From Elusimicrobiota bacterium (GTDB taxonomy: Bacteria; Elusimicrobiota; Elusimicrobia; UBA1565), in contig JBDREN010000205.1 of NCBI GenBank assembly GCA_043819795.1, forward strand, positions 1-58,134: a stretch of 58,134 nt of DNA, given 5' to 3'. Shown here piece after piece: positions 18,887 to 28,078 of this stretch. The position numbers were made by a program, and so were the translations under genes. The number at the start of each line of letters is the position of its first letter. The first letter of the stretch is position 1. The notes beneath the pieces were generated by a model that saw nothing but the letters and a program-made list of their open reading frames with translations, did no database searches and was not told the DNA's origin.

Positions 18887-19963
18887 ATGAAAACCACTTC
18901 GTTCCGAGGCAAAGACTACATCGACGCGGAGATTGATTTCAACAAGGAGGAATGGGACACTTTGATCGATGTCGCTCTGCATCTCAAGCGCGGCGTAGCC
19001 ATGGGCGAGGACCAGACGCACATCCTGAAGAACAAGACGCTCTACATGATGTTCTTCAACCAGTCCTTGCGCACGCGGAGCACCTTCGACGTGGGCATCC
19101 AACAGCTCGGCGGCTTCGCCTGCCACCTGGACCCGGGCAAGACCTACACCCCCGCGCGCAAGGGCTACGAGATCCCCTACAAGACCGAGCGCATCTGCGA
19201 CGTGGCCCAGGTCCTGGACCGGACCGGCGACGCGCTCGCCATCCGCATGTACGGCGAGCCGGCGCAGTGGATCTACGGCTTCGCCAACGCCACCATCAAG
19301 GAGTTCGCGCACTACTCCCAGATCCCGGTCATCAACATGGAGTGCTGCAAGTACCACCCGACGCAGTCGCTCGCCGACATGATCACGATCAAGGAGAAGT
19401 TCGGCGACTTCAAGAAGAAGAAGTTCGTGATGAGCTGGGCCTACTCCGGCTCCACCCACAAGCCTTTCGCCGTGCCGCAGAGCCTGGTCCTCGCGCCCTC
19501 CAAGATGGGCATGGACGTGGTCTTCGCCCGGCCCAAGGGCTTCGAGCTCGACCCCGCCGTCATCAATACCTGCAAGAAGTTCGCCAAGGCGAGCGGCGGC
19601 TCGTTCGCGGAGACCGACGACATGGAGGCGGCCTTCGAGAACGCCGACGTCGTCTATCCCAAGTGCTGGGGCGCGATGGACTACTTCGCCCAGGTCAACG
19701 AGAAGGGCAAGATCGTCAAGAAGGAGAACCTGAAGGGCATGAAGAAGCTCTTCGACAAGAACAAGCACTGGATCTGCGACTCCAAGAAGATGAAGCTCAT
19801 CAAGAAGAGCGGCATCTACATGCACTGCCTGCCGGCCGACCGCGACATGGAGGTGACCGACGAGGTCATCGACGGGCCGCAGAGCGTGGTTTTCGACGAG
19901 GCGGAGAACCGGCTCCACGCCCACAAGTCGATCATGGCGCTCACCATGGGAGGCAAGCTCTGA
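18887..19963 (+). CDS. Carbamoyltransferase 1 (N-acyl-ornithine/YgeW-like clade)
   Basis: FFNQSLRTR, HPTQSLAD, SWAYSGSTHKPFAVPQS, YPKCW, HCLPADR, EAENRLH. Confidence 0.9.
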   Translation: MKTTSFRGKDYIDAEIDFNKEEWDTLIDVALHLKRGVAMGEDQTHILKNKTLYMMFFNQSLRTRSTFDVGIQQLGGFACHLDPGKTYTPARKGYEIPYKTERICDVAQVLDRTGDALAIRMYGEPAQWIYGFANATIKEFAHYSQIPVINMECCKYHPTQSLADMITIKEKFGDFKKKKFVMSWAYSGSTHKPFAVPQSLVLAPSKMGMDVVFARPKGFELDPAVINTCKKFAKASGGSFAETDDMEAAFENADVVYPKCWGAMDYFAQVNEKGKIVKKENLKGMKKLFDKNKHWICDSKKMKLIKKSGIYMHCLPADRDMEVTDEVIDGPQSVVFDEAENRLHAHKSIMALTMGGKL

Positions 19964-21009
19964 TGGCGACCGCGACAGCCAAGAAGATCAACCTGAAGGG
20001 CAAGCATCTGCTCTGCACCCAGGACTGGTCCATCGAGGAGATCGAGGCCGTCCTGAAGCTAGCCGTCGAGATGAAGAAGGACCGCTTCGGGGACAAGTAC
20101 ACGAGCATCCTCAAGCACAAGACCTTCTTCATGTTCTTCTACAACCCCTCGGTCCGGACGCGGCAGTCCTTTGAGGCCGCGGCCACGGAGCTGGGCGCCC
20201 ATGCCCAGTTCCTGGAGCCCAAGGGCATGCGGCTGAAGACCAGCACGAGCGCCGGGGAGACCACCGAGGACGCGGCCAAGGTCATGAGCCGCTACGCCTG
20301 CGGCCTAGGCATCCGCATCCTCGAGGACAAGGTCAACGCCTACGGCGAGGGCCACAAGCTCATGGAGGAGTACTGCGAGTACGGCGCCATCCCGGTCGTC
20401 AGCATGGCGCACGACAAGTTCCATCCCTGCCAGGGGCTGGCGGACGTGCAGGGCGCGCGGGAGCACCTGGGGGACATCAAGGGCAAGAAGCTCCTGCAGG
20501 TCTGGGGGCACGGCGCCCTGGCGCGGTCGTGGTGCTCGGTCCAGGAGAGCATCCTCATCAACTCCCGGCTGGGCATGGACGTGACCCTGGCCTACCCCGA
20601 AGGCTACGACCTGGACCCCGAGGTGATCGAGAACGTGAAGAAGAACTGCGCCGAGACCGGCCGCAAGTTTGAGATCACCCACGACCCGGTCAAGTGCTAC
20701 GAGGGCGCGGACATCGTCTACTCGCGCAACTGGATGAGCCCCAAGGCCTACGGCCCCAACGGCTTCGACAAGAAGGGCGACGTGGAGCAGGCGCTCAAGC
20801 TCTCGCAGTGGATCACCGACGCCCAGAAGATGAAGCTGACCAACGACGCCCTCTACACGCACCCCATGCCCATCGACCGCGGGCACGAGGTGACCGACGA
20901 GGTGGCCAGCGGGCCGCGCTCCATCATCTACGACGTGGCCGAGAACCGGCTGCACGCGCAGAAGGCGATCATGGCGCTCACCATGAGCGGCTTCGAGGTC
21001 GAGCTGTAG
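19963..21009 (+). CDS. Carbamoyltransferase 2 (divergent OTCase/AOTCase-like), 348 aa
   Basis: True start ATG 19963 in a TGATG overlap (ORF-track start 18952 is a spurious extension); FYNPSVRTR, HPCQGLAD, WGHGALARSW, YSRNW, HPMP, AENRLH. Confidence 0.9.
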   Translation: MATATAKKINLKGKHLLCTQDWSIEEIEAVLKLAVEMKKDRFGDKYTSILKHKTFFMFFYNPSVRTRQSFEAAATELGAHAQFLEPKGMRLKTSTSAGETTEDAAKVMSRYACGLGIRILEDKVNAYGEGHKLMEEYCEYGAIPVVSMAHDKFHPCQGLADVQGAREHLGDIKGKKLLQVWGHGALARSWCSVQESILINSRLGMDVTLAYPEGYDLDPEVIENVKKNCAETGRKFEITHDPVKCYEGADIVYSRNWMSPKAYGPNGFDKKGDVEQALKLSQWITDAQKMKLTNDALYTHPMPIDRGHEVTDEVASGPRSIIYDVAENRLHAQKAIMALTMSGFEVEL

Positions 21010-21034
21010 TGCCGAGGCCGGGGGAGGCATCATC

Positions 21035-21979
21035 ATGAGCAAGCTCGCCGTCATCGCGGTGGGAGGCAACTCCCTCATCACCGACAAGGAGCACAAGACC
21101 GTGCCGGACCAGTACGAGGCCGCCGCGCAGACCTGCAAGCACATGGCCGACCTCATCGAGCAGGGTTACGACGTCGTCATCACCCACGGCAACGGACCGC
21201 AGGTGGGCTTCATCCTGCGCCGCGCCGAGCTCGCGAGCAAGGAGCTCCACATGGTCCCCCTGGATTCCTGCGGGGCGGACACCCAGGGCGCCATCGGCTA
21301 CCACATCCAGCGGGCCCTCCACAACGAGTTCAAGGCGCGCGGGATGGACAAGAAGGCCGCCACCGTGGTGACCCAGGTCCTCGTGGACAAGAACGACCCG
21401 TCCTTCAAAAACCCGACGAAGCCGATCGGATCCTTCATGGACAAGGAGGACGCGGAGAAGCACCGGAAGGAGGACGGCTGGGACGTGGTCGAGGACGCGG
21501 GCCGGGGCTGGCGCCGCGTGGTGGCCTCTCCCATCCCGAAGAAGATCGTGGAGTTCGACGCGATCGAGAACCTGGTCAAAAGCGGCTTCGTGGTGGTCGC
21601 GGTGGGAGGCGGCGGCATCCCCGTCGTCGAGGACGCCGGCGGCATCCTCACGGGCGCGGCCGCGGTCATCGACAAGGACTTCGCCTCCAGCCTCCTGGCG
21701 CGCCAGCTGAAGGCGGACATCTTCATCATATCGACCGCGGTCGAGAAGGTCGTCCTGAACTTCGGCAAGCCCGACGCCAAGCCGATCGACAAGATGATGG
21801 TCTCCGAGGCCAAGAAATACATCAAGGAGGGCCACTTCAAGCCCGGCAGCATGCTGCCCAAGGTCACGGCCGTCATCGAGTTCCTTGAGGGCGGGGGCAA
21901 TAAGGCCATCATCACGGACCCGCGGAACCTCAAGAAGGCCGTGGCTGGAGAGACCGGCACGCACGTCTATCCCGGCTAA
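21035..21979 (+). CDS. arcC: Carbamate kinase
   Basis: IAVGGNS, THGNGPQVG, PTKPIG, WRRVVASP, GGGGIP, VIDKD, GSMLPK; GGAGG RBS. Confidence 0.95.
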   Translation: MSKLAVIAVGGNSLITDKEHKTVPDQYEAAAQTCKHMADLIEQGYDVVITHGNGPQVGFILRRAELASKELHMVPLDSCGADTQGAIGYHIQRALHNEFKARGMDKKAATVVTQVLVDKNDPSFKNPTKPIGSFMDKEDAEKHRKEDGWDVVEDAGRGWRRVVASPIPKKIVEFDAIENLVKSGFVVVAVGGGGIPVVEDAGGILTGAAAVIDKDFASSLLARQLKADIFIISTAVEKVVLNFGKPDAKPIDKMMVSEAKKYIKEGHFKPGSMLPKVTAVIEFLEGGGNKAIITDPRNLKKAVAGETGTHVYPG

Positions 21980-22179
21980 GAGCACCTAAGCCCGGCCAGG
22001 CCGTTCACTAAGCGCCGCCCGGGGCCGCCGTCACGGCGGTCCCGGGCGCGTCCGTTCCCGCCCCGGGGCGAGGGAAAGACAACAGCACTCTTGCCGCAGA
22101 GCTCCCGATAATTCGAAGGTGTAAGCGCCGTAAGGCGAGATTGGCCATGGGATCAGTCGAGCCAAGCCGGCGCGTCGCG

Positions 22180-22641
22180 TCAGGGGAGCTGGTACCGCCG
22201 TCCCGCGACGCTGCCGCTGCGCGCCCCGCGATCCACTCGTTTCCTCGCCAGCCACGCGGCCGTCTCTCGCCGGCGCAGCAGCGAGCGCAGCTGCCTCCGG
22301 AACCTCGCCGCGTCGATCGGCTTCTCCATGAACATGTCGGCCCCGGAGGCGAGGCTGCGCAACGCCAGCTCGATCCTGGTGTCCCCGCTGATCAGGACGA
22401 TGGGCATGCGCGCCAGGGCTGGGCGCCTGCGGATCCGCACGGCCGCCTCCACGCCGTCGCCGTCGGGAAAGTGGACGTCCAGCACGAGAAGGTCGGGAGG
22501 CTCGCGCTCCAAGGCGGCGACGAGCCCCCGCAGGCCGGGGCGGGTCCGCACGTCGTAGCTCCTCTTGAGCGCGGTCTCGATCCAGAGCAGCATGCCCTCA
22601 TCGTCGTCGACCGCCCAGACCGTGGGATTGGACCCGTTCAT
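22180..22641 (-). CDS. Response regulator (receiver domain with a basic tail)
   Basis: WAVDDDE, LLVLDVHFPDGDG, LISG, EKP; start uncertain (22641 or further upstream). Confidence 0.75.
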   Translation of the reverse strand: MNGSNPTVWAVDDDEGMLLWIETALKRSYDVRTRPGLRGLVAALEREPPDLLVLDVHFPDGDGVEAAVRIRRRPALARMPIVLISGDTRIELALRSLASGADMFMEKPIDAARFRRQLRSLLRRRETAAWLARKRVDRGARSGSVAGRRYQLP

Positions 22642-22727
22642 GCCTCCGTGGTCGACTCCGTTCCCGAGGCGCCGCATCTTTCGTCTTTCCATCGCTATTC
22701 CATGCCGCCAGTCCGGCTCAGCCCGGC

Positions 22728-23909
22728 TCACGCCGGGACGCGATCGGGGGGGCTCGTGGCCGGCAAAGCCAGGACGAAGCGCGTGCCGCCCCCCTCCCGG
22801 TCCTCGGCCCGGATCATGCCTCCCAGAACCTCGGCCGCCGCCCGGCAAAACGCCAATCCCAGGCGGGGGCCATGCTCGCGGTCGCCCCCCCCGGTCCTCG
22901 GACCGCCGCGCTTGTCGAACACCGTCCGCTTCTCCTTATCCGGGATGCCGGGCCCCCGGTCCGAAATATCGATGACCACTTTCGCCCCGTGCCTTGCGGC
23001 CCGCATGACCACCCGCCCGCCCCGGGGGCTGGACTTGATGGCGTTGGAGAGCGCATTGGCCAGGATGCGGAACAACAGCAGCCTATCGGTATGGACCGTC
23101 AAGCCCGCCTCGAACTCCCCGATCCCGCACTCGACCGCGGCCTTCTTGGCCTCCGGATGCAGGAGAACGGCCACCCTCGCGAGCACATCCGCGACCCGCA
23201 CGCGGGATATCTCGAGCGCGAACCGGCCCGCCTCGGCCTGTCCCATATCGAGCAGGTCGCAGAGCGCCAGCAGGACCATCCCCCCCACCGTCCCGCAGTC
23301 GTGCACGAGCCTCGCGTAATCCTCGTCCAGAATAAGGCGCTCGTCCCGCAGGATCTTCAACGTCGAGAGGACCGACGTCAGCGGCGCCTCTACATCATGG
23401 ACGATCATGTCCGACAGGTCCCTGCGGACCCGCTCCCGCAGATGGATCCTGTCGCCTTCACGCAGCCCCCTCTCGCGCTGCCCCCGCAGGCGCAGATGGA
23501 CCCGCACGCGCGCCGCGAGCTCCTCGACCGAGAAGGGCTTCGGGATATAGTCGTGCGCGCCGGCGCGGAACGCCCGCAGGCGGCTTTCCACGTCGCCGCA
23601 CGACGTCAGGAACAGGGCCGGGACGTCCAGTCCCCGCGCCGCCATCTCGCGGCAGATATCGAGCCCGCTTCCATCCCCGAGGTTCATATCCAGAAGGGCC
23701 AGGTCGGGACGCTCCTCGCCCAGCCGCTTCTTGGCCTCCTCGACCCCCGCGGCGAAAACGACCCCGCAGCCGGCGAGCTCCGCGGCCAACCGTACAGGCC
23801 TCCGCATATTGGGATCGTCGTCGACCGCCAAGACGACCGGGCGCCTTTCCTCTCGCCGGCTCTCCCCCTCCGGGGCGCGGCCCTCCCTCAGACCCGCGAT
23901 AGGCACCAC
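22728..23909 (-). CDS. Hybrid receiver-histidine kinase (REC-HisKA-HATPase)
   Basis: LAVDDD, LLDMNL, KPF; H box VHDVEAPLT; N box NALSNAIKSS; DRGPGIP; RLGLAFC; GGTRF. Confidence 0.88.
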   Translation of the reverse strand: MVPIAGLREGRAPEGESRREERRPVVLAVDDDPNMRRPVRLAAELAGCGVVFAAGVEEAKKRLGEERPDLALLDMNLGDGSGLDICREMAARGLDVPALFLTSCGDVESRLRAFRAGAHDYIPKPFSVEELAARVRVHLRLRGQRERGLREGDRIHLRERVRRDLSDMIVHDVEAPLTSVLSTLKILRDERLILDEDYARLVHDCGTVGGMVLLALCDLLDMGQAEAGRFALEISRVRVADVLARVAVLLHPEAKKAAVECGIGEFEAGLTVHTDRLLLFRILANALSNAIKSSPRGGRVVMRAARHGAKVVIDISDRGPGIPDKEKRTVFDKRGGPRTGGGDREHGPRLGLAFCRAAAEVLGGMIRAEDREGGGTRFVLALPATSPPDRVPA

Positions 23910-23958
23910 TCCTCCGTGCGGACAGGCATGCTTCCTATATATACCAGCATAACGGACC

Positions 23959-24021
23959 GGCCTAGAATCCGGCTCAACGAAGGCTTAAATCCGGCTCAAT
24001 TGTCGGACCATTATGTAGAAT
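23959..24021 (+). promoter_or_regulatory. 11-bp-phased direct repeats (OmpR/PhoB-type boxes) plus a -10 element
   Basis: GGCTCAA at 23971, GGCTTAA at 23982, GGCTCAA at 23993; AATCCGGCTCAA repeated exactly 22 bp apart; TAGAAT at 24016-24021. Confidence 0.6.
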
Positions 24022-24051
24022 GTAGGGGCGCGGCGCGGCCGCGCGGCCTGC

Positions 24052-24741
24052 ATGCGCTACAAGATACTCGTCGCCGACGACGACCCCGCGATCCTGCGGG
24101 CGGTGGAGTCCTGGCTGAAACCCGAAGGCTATTCGGTCCTGCGCTGCCAGCTCGGAGGAGAGGCCGTCGCGAAGACCCTCTCATCGAAACCGGACCTCGT
24201 GTTGATGGACGTCCTCTTGGGCGACGCCGACGGGGTGCAGCTGTGCCGGCGCCTCCGCCAGGACCCCGCGACCGGCCATATCCCCGTCATCCTGATGTCC
24301 GGCGCCAGGACCGACGACGAGGACCTGGTCTCCGGCCTCCGGGGAGGGGCCGACGACTATCTGTTCAAACCCCTCAGGCGGCCGGTCCTGCTGGCCAAGA
24401 TCGACGCGGTCCTGCGGCGCTTCCACGCCCCCGAGGAACTCCACGAGGTGCTGCGGCGCTACGGCCTGGAGCTGGACGTCTCGGAGCGGACCGCGAAGGC
24501 CGGCAAGAAGGCCGTGCGCCTGACCCGCAAGGAGTTCGACCTGCTGACGGTGCTGCTGCGCCGGGCCGGGAAGGTGGTGCCGCCCAAGTATCTGCTGGAG
24601 ACGGTGTGGGGCTACGAGCTGGAGACCTACAACGACACGCACACGGTGCAGGTCCACATATCGCGCCTCAAGAAGAAGCTCGGCAAGACCTTCTCCTCCC
24701 GGCTTGAGAACGTGATCGGGGCCGGCTACCGACTCTCTTAA
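24052..24741 (+). CDS. OmpR/PhoB-family response regulator
   Basis: Receiver (VADDD, LMDV, KP) plus winged helix LTRKEFDLL...VWG...VQVHISRLKKKL...GAGYR. Confidence 0.93.
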   Translation: MRYKILVADDDPAILRAVESWLKPEGYSVLRCQLGGEAVAKTLSSKPDLVLMDVLLGDADGVQLCRRLRQDPATGHIPVILMSGARTDDEDLVSGLRGGADDYLFKPLRRPVLLAKIDAVLRRFHAPEELHEVLRRYGLELDVSERTAKAGKKAVRLTRKEFDLLTVLLRRAGKVVPPKYLLETVWGYELETYNDTHTVQVHISRLKKKLGKTFSSRLENVIGAGYRLS

Positions 24742-24773
24742 ACATCTCCCGCCTTTTTTTGTAGCCTTCCGGC

Positions 24774-25151
24774 ATGAGGATCCTCCTGGCGGAAGACGAC
24801 CGGACCATGAGCCGCATCGCCGCGCTCAGCCTGAGCAAGAAGGGCGGCCATGAGGTCGTCTGCGTGGGAGACGGGGCGGAGGCCGTCCGGCGGGCGGCCG
24901 ACCTCCGGCCCGACCTGATCCTCCTCGACGACCAGATGCCCGTGATGGCCGGCCCCGAGGCTTGCCGCCGCCTCAAAGCCGATGACCGGACGAAAGGGAT
25001 CCCGGTGATATTCCTGACGGCGCGGTCCGGGGAGGACGAGGCGCGCCTCTACCGCGACCTCGGCGCCGCGGGCATGATCCGCAAACCGTTCAACGCGGCG
25101 GGCCTGTCCGAGCGGGTCCGGGCCATTTTGTCGGAGAGCGGAGGCGGATAG
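24774..25151 (+). CDS. Single-domain (CheY-like) response regulator
   Basis: ILLAEDD, ILLDDQMP, FLTA, KPF. Confidence 0.9.
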   Translation: MRILLAEDDRTMSRIAALSLSKKGGHEVVCVGDGAEAVRRAADLRPDLILLDDQMPVMAGPEACRRLKADDRTKGIPVIFLTARSGEDEARLYRDLGAAGMIRKPFNAAGLSERVRAILSESGGG

Positions 25152-25341
25152 CCCGGCGCTTCAGGGGGCCAGAGAGCGAACAGGCTCCCGGCCGGACTGT
25201 GGGGTTCGCAAAGAAGATCGCGCCCATCGCGGAGAATATCCCGCGGTCCATCTCCGGAGCGAGGCCGCTCGCCGCGAGCGGGCAGGCCGGCGCGAAGGCC
25301 AGCGCGGCGGCGAGAAGCGTGGAGCGGAAGCGGCGCGTCAT
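25090..25341 (-). pseudogene. Possible truncated secreted-protein gene
   Basis: ATGA overlap with the upstream gene, credible signal peptide, then low-quality sequence overlapping the convergent regulator. Confidence 0.3.
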
Positions 25342-26072
25342 CTCCCGAAAAGGACCTTCAGCCCCTTGATGGCGTTTTGGACCTGCTTCTTGGCGTCCTC
25401 CCCCGTCTCGCCGGCCCGCAGGCCGCCCCGGGTGGCCGCCCTCACGATGGAGCGGGTCAGCTCCCTGAATATCCTGGCCACGGCCCGCGCGGGCATGATT
25501 CCATCGTCTCCACCGATGTCTTTGAGATGAATCTTCGGAAGCCGCGCTGAGAGGGTCCGTCCCTCGAGTATCGTGCCGCTCACGCTCAGCGTCGCGTCCA
25601 TGAAGGTGAAGCTCCCGATGCGGACCTTCTTCGAAGGCCCATCAGAGCCCGAGGGTCGCTCCTTGGCGCCCTTCCCGGCGAAGGACTCGATGTTCATCAG
25701 GATCGCGCCGATGTTGCTGCCTTTAAGGCCGGCCTCGTAGGTGACCTTCGCGCCCTTGATGAATACCTCGTCCACGATGACGGTGCGCGAGAGGATCGAG
25801 CGCACGTTGACCCCGATCCGGACCTCGTCAAGCTCGAAGGCGCTCCCGCTGCGGAACCCCTCCGGGTTGCCGATGACCAGCCCCTTGAGACCGCCGCGTC
25901 CGGAGAGCGGCGAGATCCTCACCTCCTCGAGGCTCACCGAGCCGCCGGTCAACTTGGGCCCGAAGTTCACGACCGCGGAGCGGATGATGGAGTTGAGCGA
26001 GAGAGCCACCGTCAGCAGAAGCCCGCCGGCGAGGACGGCGCAGGCGGCGGCCGGAATCAGTATCTTCTTCAT
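25338..26072 (-). CDS. AsmA-like membrane-anchored protein (short form)
   Basis: N-terminal TM; VSLEEVRISPLSGRGGLKGLVIGNPEGF, SNI, LPKIHLKDIG; beta-rich. Confidence 0.65.
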   Translation of the reverse strand: MKKILIPAAACAVLAGGLLLTVALSLNSIIRSAVVNFGPKLTGGSVSLEEVRISPLSGRGGLKGLVIGNPEGFRSGSAFELDEVRIGVNVRSILSRTVIVDEVFIKGAKVTYEAGLKGSNIGAILMNIESFAGKGAKERPSGSDGPSKKVRIGSFTFMDATLSVSGTILEGRTLSARLPKIHLKDIGGDDGIMPARAVARIFRELTRSIVRAATRGGLRAGETGEDAKKQVQNAIKGLKVLFGR

Positions 26073-26079
26073 AAATGCC

Positions 26080-27651
<1,572 letters not shown>

Positions 27652-27920
27652 CTGGCTATACGATAGGAATTTTTGCGGAGCAATGACATCGGACTTCCGC
27701 CCCGGCCGGACGAGTCTTGGGCCATCCCCGCACAAGCGGCACGGTCTTCTCCGGCGCGTCCTCCAAGATGCCGTGCCCGGCGGCCCGGAAGGCACCGGAA
27801 GCCTCATGCCCTGCCCGCTCCCGACGCTTCCCCGGCCGCCGTCTCAAAAGCCGGCAGAGGCACCCCGCCAGAGCGATTGTGGCCTCTCTGGCCCCACAAC
27901 TGAACCATCATAGCTGTATT

Positions 27921-27950
27921 ATTTTAAAGCAGTTTATCACATTCCCGCAA
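27921..27950 (-). promoter_or_regulatory. Putative sigma70 promoter in an AT-rich intergenic patch
   Basis: Minus strand TTGCGG-18-TAAAAT. Confidence 0.4.
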
Positions 27951-28078
27951 TCCTTCCTTAACTCACGCCGAAAAGATGTTATCCGAGGTCTGTGGCCTGT
28001 CTGGCTACAGATTTCTGCCGCGAACGCGCGGCCGCGGGCCGAGTCTTCGCGGCTCTCCGCGGAAACGCGCGTCCCCGG

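Noticed and set aside
18952..19962. Apparent 685-aa ORF suggesting a frameshift fusion of the two carbamoyltransferases
   Set aside because: The upstream part is off-frame junk; a TGATG overlap with a GGAGG RBS explains two separate genes.
22031..22180. Intergenic stretch after arcC examined as a possible tRNA/ncRNA or terminator
   Set aside because: No cloverleaf, T-loop consensus or hairpin-plus-U tract that I could support.
27932..27940. TTTATCACA as a DnaA box or CRP half-site
   Set aside because: Single mismatched copy with no partner half-site or box cluster.
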